From a virus (Duplodnaviria > Caudoviricetes), in IMG/VR virus record IMGVR_UViG_3300020392_000021, positions 1 through 53,894 of that record: 53,894 bases of DNA. The stretch is one strand, 5' to 3'. The notes under the pieces were generated by a model. It had not been told where the DNA came from. It worked only from the letters and a program-made list of their open reading frames with translations, and did no database searches. A program made the position numbers and the translations under genes. This document shows positions 9,819-19,627 of the stretch, in pieces (position 1 is the first letter of the stretch; the number at the start of each line of letters is the position of its first letter).

Positions 9819-11147
9819 TTACCACCATGTTCCACCACCAGATAAACCTAATTTCTTAGCGTATCTTGGTAACCTACAAGACCAATATCCTGCCTTACAT
9901 TTATCGTTATGTCTACCTTTAGAACAACCGTGTCTAGCGTTGTAAGATTTCTTAGCATCTTTATTACTTAACTTAGCCTTTAATCCACCAGAACCAAATC
10001 TAATTTGTTTTACTCCAGATGGGTTGGATTTGGTTTTATTAACACATCCACTTACATATACTCTATATGCTTTACCACCAGAAGAACTTCTTTGTGGAGA
10101 ATTAGTCTTTACTGTCTTACCTCTAAATTTTGCTTCAGTTAAAATTTCATTGTCTTCCATTGGGATATCTAGCCAAACTTCTTTACCCTCAAATACTGCT
10201 TTCCTACCAATATCTGTTTTAAGTAATTCTTCATCTAAATAAGATAAATTAACTTTATTACTACTATGTAATTTTCTTACTTCATTAATTAAATTAAAAA
10301 AAGATTCACTACCGTATCTATAAATGTTTTCTGATAAAGGTATTTGATTATCTAAATGATATCTTAATCCTTCACTAACAATTGTTCTGTTTTCAGTAAT
10401 CATCATTCTGTTGATGTTTACTGATTCATTCTTTTTAGATTTTCTCTTAGAAGATTTTCTTTTTCTTGGTTTGTAATTTTTTACTTTAATTGGGCTAGGG
10501 GATTGTCCTTTACCCGATTTACCATCATTCTTTTCTTTTTCTCTTTTACGTCTACATGCAGAATCTTTTGCAGACTGTGACATATTAGCCGCAACACTTT
10601 TTGCCCTACATACAGGATAACCTCCTTTATCTGAATCACTTCTTCCACATGTAGGGTGTCCACCACCTTTCTTTTTTCTACATATGTTTACCCATGGTCC
10701 TTGTGGTTGTTTACCCCCTTTTTTCTTTTTTTTTGTACCGAACCATACGGCTAAATCTTCGTCTAACCTTTCTACAACTTCTACCTCACCTATTTCGTAA
10801 GATTCATTTTTTTTCCCTCTACAGTAACTTCCACTACATTTTTTAGTACCATCTAAACCTTTTATTTTACCTTTACATACTTGAACTGCGTATCCATTAG
10901 CATAAGCAGATGGGTAAACATCAAACTTAGCCTTAGCAGCACTCTTACCTCTAGCACATAATGTATTTTTCTTTTTCTTAGATTTACTTCTTGTAGATTT
11001 ACGTTTTCGTGATTTACGTTTTTTTCTTCTTTTCTTTCTACCTTCGTCTATATGTTCTTCTTCTGAAAATAAACCGGTAGATTTACCATCAAAACGCATT
11101 TCATTTAAAACTCTTTTCAGTTGTGATTCTGTTAATTTAATTTTCAT
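9819..11147 (-). CDS. Leader-bearing, highly basic multi-module protein (putative virion internal polyprotein)
   Basis: MKIKLTESQLKRVLNE leader; K/R- and Cys-rich modules (YPSAYANG; WF..WVNIC..CGR..YPVCR; ARHGC..AGYWSC) separated by acidic xxE linkers. Confidence 0.75.
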   Translation of the reverse strand: MKIKLTESQLKRVLNEMRFDGKSTGLFSEEEHIDEGRKKRRKKRKSRKRKSTRSKSKKKKNTLCARGKSAAKAKFDVYPSAYANGYAVQVCKGKIKGLDGTKKCSGSYCRGKKNESYEIGEVEVVERLDEDLAVWFGTKKKKKGGKQPQGPWVNICRKKKGGGHPTCGRSDSDKGGYPVCRAKSVAANMSQSAKDSACRRKREKEKNDGKSGKGQSPSPIKVKNYKPRKRKSSKRKSKKNESVNINRMMITENRTIVSEGLRYHLDNQIPLSENIYRYGSESFFNLINEVRKLHSSNKVNLSYLDEELLKTDIGRKAVFEGKEVWLDIPMEDNEILTEAKFRGKTVKTNSPQRSSSGGKAYRVYVSGCVNKTKSNPSGVKQIRFGSGGLKAKLSNKDAKKSYNARHGCSKGRHNDKCKAGYWSCRLPRYAKKLGLSGGGTWW

Positions 11148-11247
11148 CTCAATGTTTTATTAATAAATATTAAGAAATTACAAAAAAAAATAGATGTTAA
11201 TGGTAAAGTTATTCTATTGGGATTTAATAAAAATCAAATAGTATCAA

Positions 11248-12990
11248 TTAATTATCTAAATCAAAGTTTTCGTAATCAGCATTAGGAATGGGATCTATAC
11301 TATTCATCAAACTATCAACTAATTCTTGTTCTTTATATTTATTACTAACATTTGTGTCATTTGTATCTTTATTTAGTCGATTAACAAAAAAGTCATCCTC
11401 TACATTTACATCTTTATTTTTTAATAAATCATCGGATGGATTAAAACTATTAACTTTTTCCTTATTTTTAAATAAGTCTTTATATTTTTTTGTTTGGTAT
11501 TTTTCAGGTACTTCATTAAAATCCATTTGTGTTGGGTTTTTTATACTTTTATTAAACGGTCTCCATCCCTCTTCCCACGCCTTCTTTAAGTTAAGATTAT
11601 CTTCTTTAGATTTTTCAAAACTATAATCAGGATCATCTTCTGAGATAGCACCGAAAGCTTGTTTAGTGGTAAACCAATCATAACCTTCCAACTCAACAGT
11701 GTTTCGAATATCTGGTATCAATATATCCCTAAGTTCCCTAATACCTTTACTAATAAATAATCCCACTTTTTCGTTTCTTAATGATTTATCTAACGCATAA
11801 AATAAAGATAGCTCCATAACCGCTTCTCTACGTGCAACTTTATTCAAATACTTAGACAATGCTTCAGGTATGTTGTTATCACTATTTTTTAATATCGTTT
11901 GGAATACATTGTTGTTTTGCATTAACTGTTTTAAATTAGCTCTTTGGACTACGTTTAAATCTTCACCTATAACCTTAATAGCCTCTGTATAATTATTAAT
12001 TATGTTTTTGTCTAACGTCTTAAGACTATTAAGTATTTTATCTACAGTTTTTAACTCTTTAGTTGTTAATTTATATTTATTATTAAGTTTTTCTATATTA
12101 GACTTTAATATTTTATTATTGCTACTTTTATTTCCTAAATCAATTAAATCACTACAATATTTATATATATCTTTATTTGTCCCAACCTCTTTTACTATAT
12201 TAACACTTTGTTTAATACCTTTACCAGCAATACCACCAAGAAACGAGAATGTTGCACCAATTAATAGTGCTTGTTTTTCTTCTCTAGTTGACGCATTATT
12301 ATATCTAACTACATACCACGCTCCGTGACCAATATCTATTGCTGCACTTAACGCTAAACCTACACCAGGAAGTGCTATAACTGCAACAGAAGCAACATCT
12401 ATAAGACAATCTAAATCATTAAAACAATCTTCTACCCATTCCCCAAAGTCTTCTATTCCTTTTTCAACTGATTCTATACCAGACTCAAGTGCGTATTTTA
12501 GTGGTTTTAAAATTTCCTTTTTCCCAAATTGATAAAAATGGTGAATACCATTTAAAACATCACCAATATGTTCTTCAGGTGATTTTTCTTTAAGACTTTT
12601 TAATAGTCCTTGTTTAAATCCTTCCAAAACTTCATCAAGTTCATCTCCTGTATACATTTTGTAAAGTTTACCAAACGATTCGGGAATTTCAGGAATTTCT
12701 TCTATCGCTTTTTTAGTTTCTCTTGAAATTTTGTTTTTATCTGCTTCTGTATACCCAAAATATGGTATTTTTGCATCTCCAATCTTACCATTCTCCAAAC
12801 CATCAGTATCGTCAGTTTTTGATCCATACCATATATAATCTCCAAAGTCCGTAAGATGTTTACCTACGTTATGATCTAACCAAGCTGAGAACCCAACTAC
12901 TAGATCCATCGGATTTTGTTCTACTAAAATAAGTTTATTTTTTTCAGTTAATAATCTTTTGAGTTGGGATTCTGTTAAAATAACTCTCAT
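11248..12990 (-). CDS. Leader-bearing protein with central hydrophobic hairpin (pre-toxin TG-like)
   Basis: MRVILTESQLKRLLTE leader; LIDVASVAVIALPGVGLALSAAIDIGHGAWY and LLIGATFSFLGGIAG. Confidence 0.7.
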   Translation of the reverse strand: MRVILTESQLKRLLTEKNKLILVEQNPMDLVVGFSAWLDHNVGKHLTDFGDYIWYGSKTDDTDGLENGKIGDAKIPYFGYTEADKNKISRETKKAIEEIPEIPESFGKLYKMYTGDELDEVLEGFKQGLLKSLKEKSPEEHIGDVLNGIHHFYQFGKKEILKPLKYALESGIESVEKGIEDFGEWVEDCFNDLDCLIDVASVAVIALPGVGLALSAAIDIGHGAWYVVRYNNASTREEKQALLIGATFSFLGGIAGKGIKQSVNIVKEVGTNKDIYKYCSDLIDLGNKSSNNKILKSNIEKLNNKYKLTTKELKTVDKILNSLKTLDKNIINNYTEAIKVIGEDLNVVQRANLKQLMQNNNVFQTILKNSDNNIPEALSKYLNKVARREAVMELSLFYALDKSLRNEKVGLFISKGIRELRDILIPDIRNTVELEGYDWFTTKQAFGAISEDDPDYSFEKSKEDNLNLKKAWEEGWRPFNKSIKNPTQMDFNEVPEKYQTKKYKDLFKNKEKVNSFNPSDDLLKNKDVNVEDDFFVNRLNKDTNDTNVSNKYKEQELVDSLMNSIDPIPNADYENFDLDN

Positions 12991-13002
12991 AATTGTATTT
13001 TT

Positions 13003-14430
13003 TTATAAATACTTAGATAACATACCTACGGTATCAAAATCACCAGCATCTAAAGCATCATCTATAAGTGATTGTATTTCTCTAGGTGACATTTCTGAAT
13101 AATCAACTTCAACATCTACTTCTTCAGTAGGTTCATCTTGTGGTGGTGCAACACCAGCATCAACCATTAAATCTTCTAAACCATCTTCAAAGTTATCTTC
13201 ATCACCCATAATTAAATCATCTAATTCTTCATCTTCGTCTGCTAAGTGTAATTCTTTTAAGTGTCCAATTACTTCTTTACATTTACCACTGTTAGATAAA
13301 ATCTCTTTCATAAAGGTATGAAATTGTTGTGCTGGTAACTTAGTAAGTTCATGAAAGAACCATTGTTTTAATTTATAATCATCATCATCGATACAAGCTA
13401 CAAATTTTTCCCACATACCTGGACCTAATCTCATTCCCCATATTTCATTTTCTGGTGTATCTGCTCTATCTATAACGTGTTTTTGTTCTTCAAAATCTAA
13501 ATGACCTTCTCCCCAATTGGATGCGGCTAATTCCATAGCACCTTTAATAAGTTCGTGTACTAATAATGGGAATATCCATGCTTTAGCTTCTACCACTGGT
13601 TCTTCTTCTTCATCCTCCTGTTCATTACCTTCTTCATCTTTAGGTTTTTCCCATTTAATTTTTTCTGTTCCACCTATTTGTCCACCCATTACTTGATCAG
13701 GTATCACCCAATATTGGAAATCTGCTAAAGACATTAGTTTACCATATAAACTCATTAATCTAGGATCGATACTGTCTAACTCATCTGCAACCATATGGAA
13801 AATATAATGTCCTTTTTTGGCTGCTCCCTGCATTAATGCATTAATTACATTTCTTTTATCTACCTCAATTTCTAATTCTTCCATTCGTTCAGCACTCTTA
13901 GACTGAAACTCTTCCTGTTCTTCTTCTTCCCCATCTTCATCTTGTTCTAAATCTAATGGTGAACCCGGAGGTAATAATTCCGCATCTAACATATCATCTG
14001 GAATATCAAATTCCTCACTTACAATTTCTACTGCTAATCTTTCTAACGCATCTTTGTGTTGTGTTTCTATTTGCGCAACTTGTTGCATAATCATCATCAT
14101 CTGCATCATCATTTGAGGATTGATTTGTTGAATACCGTGATACCTTTTGACTTTATTAATAATATCTTTAAAACGAGAACTCGCTAATTTTTCTGAAAAG
14201 TTTTGATTAGTACCTGTCGCAGGTAAACCCTTATTTCTACCAAAGGTATGTTCACCACTTCTTAATTTATCTTCTAAATTAGGATTCATTCTTTCTGGAT
14301 GATTAGGATCATATTCGATACCTTCATTAAGTTTTTCAATTCTCTTTAACTCACCTTTTAACATTTGGTGTTCTTTAATTACTTTCTTAGTAATTTTATC
14401 TAAGTCTATTTTAATTTTTACCTTTTTCAT
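13003..14430 (-). CDS. Acidic hypothetical phage protein
   Basis: 475 aa; basic N-terminus ending VIKE/LNE; FPLLVHELIKG motif. Confidence 0.8.
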   Translation of the reverse strand: MKKVKIKIDLDKITKKVIKEHQMLKGELKRIEKLNEGIEYDPNHPERMNPNLEDKLRSGEHTFGRNKGLPATGTNQNFSEKLASSRFKDIINKVKRYHGIQQINPQMMMQMMMIMQQVAQIETQHKDALERLAVEIVSEEFDIPDDMLDAELLPPGSPLDLEQDEDGEEEEQEEFQSKSAERMEELEIEVDKRNVINALMQGAAKKGHYIFHMVADELDSIDPRLMSLYGKLMSLADFQYWVIPDQVMGGQIGGTEKIKWEKPKDEEGNEQEDEEEEPVVEAKAWIFPLLVHELIKGAMELAASNWGEGHLDFEEQKHVIDRADTPENEIWGMRLGPGMWEKFVACIDDDDYKLKQWFFHELTKLPAQQFHTFMKEILSNSGKCKEVIGHLKELHLADEDEELDDLIMGDEDNFEDGLEDLMVDAGVAPPQDEPTEEVDVEVDYSEMSPREIQSLIDDALDAGDFDTVGMLSKYL

Positions 14431-14440
14431 TTATTTTGTT

Positions 14441-15034
14441 TTAACCTATACTATATAATGAAGTCCACATAACCCAAGCATCTTTCGCCATTCTCTCAAA
14501 CACGTTTTGTACATTTCTAGTTTCATGATTTCCATCAGTATTATCAATCCTTTTTAATGCTCCCCTTATTAATATGTCTCTTACTTCTCTTTTATTATCT
14601 AATAAATATTTTATAATTTCTATTTCTTCTTCTAACGAATCTAATTCTGATTCATATATGCCACTATCTTCACCTTCATTTTCTATATCGTACTCTAAAT
14701 TTTCTTTTTGTTGTTCTAAAGAATCTAAATCTTTTCTCATACCATATAACCATCTATGTAAATCATCTTTAGTCCAATTTAAGATAGGATGTGCACCAAA
14801 CATATTAGTTAACCCACTCTCTCTAATTTTCTCTAAATACTTAATTAACATTTTAACTTCAGGACCACTTAATTCATTGGTAAATCTAGGAAAATCATAT
14901 TGATCTCTTCGTGCTTCACCTAGTAAATCAGATTTTTTGTATTTTTTATATCCACCATTTTTTTTGAATTTAATATATTCTACTAAATCCTTTTTCTTCA
15001 TTTTTGGTTTGGTATATTTATCTACTGTTTTCAT
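14441..15034 (-). CDS. Hypothetical protein with DUF5049-like motif
   Basis: YLEKIRESGLTNMFGA; basic N-terminus ending LLGE. Confidence 0.65.
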   Translation of the reverse strand: MKTVDKYTKPKMKKKDLVEYIKFKKNGGYKKYKKSDLLGEARRDQYDFPRFTNELSGPEVKMLIKYLEKIRESGLTNMFGAHPILNWTKDDLHRWLYGMRKDLDSLEQQKENLEYDIENEGEDSGIYESELDSLEEEIEIIKYLLDNKREVRDILIRGALKRIDNTDGNHETRNVQNVFERMAKDAWVMWTSLYSIG

Positions 15035-15052
15035 CTGAATAAAGTATAAAAA

Positions 15053-15529
15053 TTATTTTCTTAGGTTCTCTCTAACGATATCCTCAATATTAACTTCGTA
15101 TTGTGGATTATTAGGTAATTTAGGTGATATATAGTCAAACATTTGTTGTCCATATATATCATATAACCTTTTAATTACCCTTTCAGGATTTTTTCTAATA
15201 TATCTTAGTACTGATGGTGGTATTTCTTCACCATATTGTCCGAATACCCCCTCAATATCCCTTTCTCTAGGAGACTGTCTATAATTTTTTCTACTATATG
15301 TGTCTTTCATTTCAAACTCTTCAGTCATCTCTTCAGATTCATTTTTAGTATAAGTGGTAATATTACCAGTATCGTCTTTTACCCCAAACTGTTCACCTGA
15401 TTCTACATCTGGTATTGGATCACCTTTTTGGTAAACCGTCATTTGTTCTTCCTCATCTAAAATATTCTCCATTAATTTTCTTCTGACTGCCCTTTTAATT
15501 TCTGATTCGTAAATTCTTACTTTTTTCAT
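15053..15529 (-). CDS. Leader-bearing hypothetical protein
   Basis: MKKVRIYESEIKRAVRRKLMENILDE (start 15529 or 15538). Confidence 0.7.
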   Translation of the reverse strand: MKKVRIYESEIKRAVRRKLMENILDEEEQMTVYQKGDPIPDVESGEQFGVKDDTGNITTYTKNESEEMTEEFEMKDTYSRKNYRQSPRERDIEGVFGQYGEEIPPSVLRYIRKNPERVIKRLYDIYGQQMFDYISPKLPNNPQYEVNIEDIVRENLRK

Positions 15530-15530
15530 T

Positions 15531-15929
15531 TTATCCATTTATTAATTCATTGTTATAAGATAGTACCATATCTTTTTCATATAATTTAGATTCTACTGAG
15601 TCTATTTCTTCACCAAACTCAAAGAATAATCTTTTTTCTGGATATTCATCATATCCTTCTAAGTTTTCCCAAGCCATTGCTATAATACCATCTACGGCAT
15701 CCCACATAGCAAATGAATCAGATTCTTGTATAACATCTAATTTTAATTCACTCGTTAATGAACCTGTTTTTTTTATAAATTTTTCTTCTGGTGATTCAGG
15801 ATTTCCCGATGCGGGATACGCATCCCATCCCTCACCGTCTATATCGGTTATAATATCAGAAAAGAGAAATTCATATATGAAGTTCCCTTTCCAATTTTGT
15901 CCAACCTTATTTATATAAACTAAGTTCAT
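15531..15929 (-). CDS. Hypothetical protein
   Basis: 132-aa ORF tightly packed in operon. Confidence 0.75.
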   Translation of the reverse strand: MNLVYINKVGQNWKGNFIYEFLFSDIITDIDGEGWDAYPASGNPESPEEKFIKKTGSLTSELKLDVIQESDSFAMWDAVDGIIAMAWENLEGYDEYPEKRLFFEFGEEIDSVESKLYEKDMVLSYNNELING

Positions 15930-15930
15930 T

Positions 15931-17682
15931 TTATCTATACATACCTTTTCTACCTAAATGAAATTTTCTTCTATCTGTTGCCTTTGGTTTTGGATTAACT
16001 TCTGGTCTAGGTATTTTTTTCCATCTTGGTTTTTTTCTACCTGGTGTAGTTGACGGTGGTGCAATTCCCGGTTCTTTAGTTGGTGCTGGAGAATTACCCA
16101 TTAATGAATCAAAATCTATTTCAATAAATTCCTCGTCATCAAAAGTTGGGTGATCTAAGTCACCATCCATATTACTATCCATATCTAATCTATTTGGTAT
16201 TTGATCACCATCTCTATCTAAATCTCCAGACGCTTGTAAGTAATTTTGTCCTGTAGCAATTGCATCTACTACAGACATATTTTCTTCGTGTACTACACCT
16301 ACATCGTCACCCGCTAATTCTGAAGTTTGATTTGTAATATCTAGATCTTCATCGACATGACAATCACCTTCATGCATTTCACCACATTTTTCACAAATTA
16401 GTTCATTCTCTTTAAGAATTTTGTTTAAAGACTCATTAATGTTTTTTTTTAAAAAGTTTTCCATTAATTGTTTTTTAGAAAATTTTCTAGACTCATTTTT
16501 TTCTTCCTTATCTCCAGTAACATCATATTTTTTACCATCAACTTCAAACTCGTCTTCACCTGCATCGATTGCTTTTTGTCTTTCACCACTAAATTTATTT
16601 CCTTCTTCTAGTTCATCATCAGATTCATCTAATTTAAGAGTTACATCACCACAATCACACTTACCATCTTTTTTTAACATTTCCATTTGTTTTTTAGAAA
16701 TATTAATTGTCTCTTTTTCTTCTTTAATTTCTTCAGATTCTGCTAATTCTTCTTCACCACCTTCTTCTTCATCTGCGAATGGATCTTCTTCACCACCTTC
16801 TTCATCTGTGAATGGATCTTCTTCACCACCTACTTCATCACCACCTTCTAATTCACCATCTTCTTCATCTTCACCCTCAATCTTAGCAATAATGTCTTCA
16901 ACATCTTCATCAGGAATCTCCTCCCAATCAATTGCAGATATTATAGAATTAATAACGTATTTGTCTAATTCTGCATCTGGTTCATCTTTATCTCTCAGTA
17001 GCTGACCAATTTTACCTGTAAGTTTTTGAATTTTTTTAGTTTTATCATCTCCATCTTCATCGTCACCTCCTTCTTCATCAGCAAATGGATCTTCATCACC
17101 TCCTTCTTCATCAGCAAATGGATCTTCATCACCTCCTTCTTCATCAGCAAATGGGTCATCTTCAACTTCTGTATCCACAACCTCATCCTCAACAGGTGCG
17201 GAAGAAGGTGCAGGTGCATCTACTTTAATTACTTTCTTTTGTTCCTCCACTTCTTTTGGTTCTTCTTCTTTAACAACAACACCACTAGCGTTTGCTTCTT
17301 TTACTTCTACCGCATCAGACTCAAACAAGTTAATATTAGTTTTAACACCAAAAGACTCATTTAACATATCAAATTTTAAATTTAATTGTTTTAAAGCTTC
17401 AGCGTAAGAATCATATCTTTCACTATTTTTATTCTGTAAACCACCAATATAATTAAAGTCTTCTGCTAATATAGTACCAGAAGTTTTTTCAGTGGTTTTT
17501 ATAAAGTAACTATGATTTTCTCTTACTATACCATAAATTACTCCGTTAGCACCCCTTTTTACGTTATCAACTTCAGATGTTGAGGTACTCTCATTTAAGG
17601 TGTTCATTTTACCCATTAGATCTTTAATTCTATCTAATTTGTCTTGACCTTTTATTTTTTTTGGATTTACAAAATTTTTCAT
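15931..17682 (-). CDS. Large acidic low-complexity protein (possible head core component)
   Basis: 583 aa, D/E-rich, many LNE/LAE/KNE-S/INE-S sites, DxDxD motifs, basic Pro-rich tail. Confidence 0.75.
   Translation of the reverse strand: MKNFVNPKKIKGQDKLDRIKDLMGKMNTLNESTSTSEVDNVKRGANGVIYGIVRENHSYFIKTTEKTSGTILAEDFNYIGGLQNKNSERYDSYAEALKQLNLKFDMLNESFGVKTNINLFESDAVEVKEANASGVVVKEEEPKEVEEQKKVIKVDAPAPSSAPVEDEVVDTEVEDDPFADEEGGDEDPFADEEGGDEDPFADEEGGDDEDGDDKTKKIQKLTGKIGQLLRDKDEPDAELDKYVINSIISAIDWEEIPDEDVEDIIAKIEGEDEEDGELEGGDEVGGEEDPFTDEEGGEEDPFADEEEGGEEELAESEEIKEEKETINISKKQMEMLKKDGKCDCGDVTLKLDESDDELEEGNKFSGERQKAIDAGEDEFEVDGKKYDVTGDKEEKNESRKFSKKQLMENFLKKNINESLNKILKENELICEKCGEMHEGDCHVDEDLDITNQTSELAGDDVGVVHEENMSVVDAIATGQNYLQASGDLDRDGDQIPNRLDMDSNMDGDLDHPTFDDEEFIEIDFDSLMGNSPAPTKEPGIAPPSTTPGRKKPRWKKIPRPEVNPKPKATDRRKFHLGRKGMYR
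17060..17165 (-). repeat. 33-bp tandem repeat encoding (DEDPFADEEGG)n; related copies near 16750-16835
   Basis: Three near-identical units visible in DNA and protein. Confidence 0.85.
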
Positions 17683-17703
17683 TTTATTTTTTTTTAATTT
17701 TTT

Positions 17704-17991
17704 TTAGCTTTGTATTGGATTACCGTTTTTAATATTCACATATTCCCCTATACCTACTTTAGTTTGTGGCGCTATTGGATTACCTAATAATAAGAATCCT
17801 GCATTTAATTGAGTTGTAGATTTATTTACAATGATATCTAATGTTCTACCTGCAGTTCCTGCAACAGAAGTACCGTTAATGATAAATGGTCCTGATCCAG
17901 TAAAATATAATGCACTATAAATAAAATTATCAAAGTCTGCAGTATTATTATTATGTATTACTGAATATGTACCTGTTAAATATGTTCCCAT
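17704..17991 (-). CDS. Small beta-rich hypothetical protein (possibly structural)
   Basis: 95 aa, G/T/N-rich, TATTTAT motif at 18009-18015. Confidence 0.65.
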   Translation of the reverse strand: MGTYLTGTYSVIHNNNTADFDNFIYSALYFTGSGPFIINGTSVAGTAGRTLDIIVNKSTTQLNAGFLLLGNPIAPQTKVGIGEYVNIKNGNPIQS

Positions 17992-18052
17992 AATTATGTT
18001 TTTATTTAATAAATATTACAAATTCAATAAAAAAACTCAAAATAGTATATAT

Positions 18053-18844
18053 TTAGTTTCTTATAAATTGTATTGATTCATCCAATGTTAATGATTTATC
18101 ATACGCCAAAGTTTCTAACTCACTTAACTTATCTAAAAATTCCATTCTTCTTAATACCTTAAATGTAATATTTTCATAAGAATATTCTCCTTCTCTATCT
18201 AACCCTGTTTGTCTCATTTTTTTAATTTTTTCTTTAAGGGTTTTTATTGACCTAATTAATTTATCATAGTCACCACCTTTATAAAGTTCAAAAAAATGTT
18301 TTATTGTATCAATTAAACTGTTAGCTTTTTCTTTTACTTTCTTATTATCTATTTGGAAATTTTCTCTTTCAGGTTTTACATTCCATTTGTCCCATAATAC
18401 TGAATATACCCCACTAGCGACATGTGGTTCATCTTGATCTTGTACATATAATTCTACATCATATCCTTTTACTGTGATATTATGTTTTTCATTCCATAAA
18501 TTTTTCTTTGAGTTAAAATATGAACGAACTAATTCTTCGTTTTCATCTACGTCACCAAAATCTAAAAGTATATGTAAATCTACGTCAGAAAAACGAGACC
18601 AATTAAAGTTCGCTAAACTTCCAGTTAATATAATATCACTTATTTCTACATAACCAATATCTAAAGTTTCAAAAAAGTCATCTGCAATCATTAACAGTCT
18701 CTTTCTTATTTCTTTATACATTTGTTGTTCTCTATCGAATATTTTTGGGTTTAATGTTTCTTTGATTCTGAAAGAAGATAAATCAATGTTCTCCTTTTCA
18801 ATAATATCATTAACTTCTTGTTCTTCTAAATTATTTATTTTCAT
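18053..18844 (-). CDS. Pol-beta superfamily nucleotidyltransferase
   Basis: LTGSLANFNWSRFSDVDLHI = hGS-x(n)-DhD; third acidic residue in YDVELYVQD. Confidence 0.8.
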   Translation of the reverse strand: MKINNLEEQEVNDIIEKENIDLSSFRIKETLNPKIFDREQQMYKEIRKRLLMIADDFFETLDIGYVEISDIILTGSLANFNWSRFSDVDLHILLDFGDVDENEELVRSYFNSKKNLWNEKHNITVKGYDVELYVQDQDEPHVASGVYSVLWDKWNVKPERENFQIDNKKVKEKANSLIDTIKHFFELYKGGDYDKLIRSIKTLKEKIKKMRQTGLDREGEYSYENITFKVLRRMEFLDKLSELETLAYDKSLTLDESIQFIRN

Positions 18845-18886
18845 TGGTATCTTTTTTTATATAAATACTTGTATTTTATATAAATT

Positions 18887-19057
18887 CTAAATACCAATAG
18901 TACCTATCTTATTAATGATTCTATATTCTAATTTTTCTATTATTAAATGAAGTGTTCTAATTTCTTCATACATTTCCTGACTAATTAAAATATCACTTAA
19001 TGATTCTTCTAAATTATATAATTCACCTAAAATTTTTTGTTCTTCTGTTACTATCAT
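18887..19057 (-). CDS. Small hypothetical protein (56 aa)
   Basis: Hand-translated MIVTEEQKILGELYNLEESLSDILISQEMYEEIRTLH...; start overlaps upstream stop (ATGA). Confidence 0.55.
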   Translation of the reverse strand: MIVTEEQKILGELYNLEESLSDILISQEMYEEIRTLHLIIEKLEYRIINKIGTIGI

Positions 19058-19347
19058 TGATTTTTAAGGTTTTCTATTTGTTCTAATATTAGTGTCGTAT
19101 CTACAATACCCTCAATTTTTTCTGTCTTATAGTTTTTAATTTTACTATTTAATATTTTACCTTGACTGTTTGCTGACTCAAATTCATTATAATCAGTTCT
19201 TTTTACGTCATGATATAGGTATTGTCTACCACCTTTAAATATAATCGCCAACTTTTGACTTATTGTATTATAACGAGATGCTAGTATATTACTAGATTCG
19301 TATAAATTTTCTATTGATTCTTTATCTATGTGTTTATTTAATAACAT
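19054..19347 (-). CDS. KTSC-domain protein
   Basis: ESSNILASRYN...LAIIFKGGRQYLYHDV...FESANSQGK. Confidence 0.8.
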   Translation of the reverse strand: MLLNKHIDKESIENLYESSNILASRYNTISQKLAIIFKGGRQYLYHDVKRTDYNEFESANSQGKILNSKIKNYKTEKIEGIVDTTLILEQIENLKNQ

Positions 19348-19351
19348 ATTT

Positions 19352-19591
19352 CTAATTTTTATATAATTTGTAACTATCTATTTCCTTTAACTCATAAATT
19401 TTACCCATTACCGAATGTTCATCGTCTATACTATTTCCTTGAAAATCCTCAGTTATAATAACATAATCACCTGTTATTACCATCGCACAATCTTCATGTA
19501 TAACTCTAATTTTAGAAGATATATCGCTAGAAGGAATTTTACTTTTTATGAGTAAAACTATTTTTTTAAATTTTGGTGCCGTATTTAACAT
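19352..19591 (-). CDS. Hypothetical protein
   Basis: 79 aa, directly behind host-type promoter 19596-19627. Confidence 0.65.
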   Translation of the reverse strand: MLNTAPKFKKIVLLIKSKIPSSDISSKIRVIHEDCAMVITGDYVIITEDFQGNSIDDEHSVMGKIYELKEIDSYKLYKN

Positions 19592-19595
19592 ACCT

Positions 19596-19627
19596 CAAAT
19601 ATACTAAATTTATTTTTTAATTTCAAA
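19596..19627 (-). promoter_or_regulatory. Bacteroidota primary-sigma promoter (-33/-7)
   Basis: TTTG-N20-TATATTTG. Confidence 0.7.
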
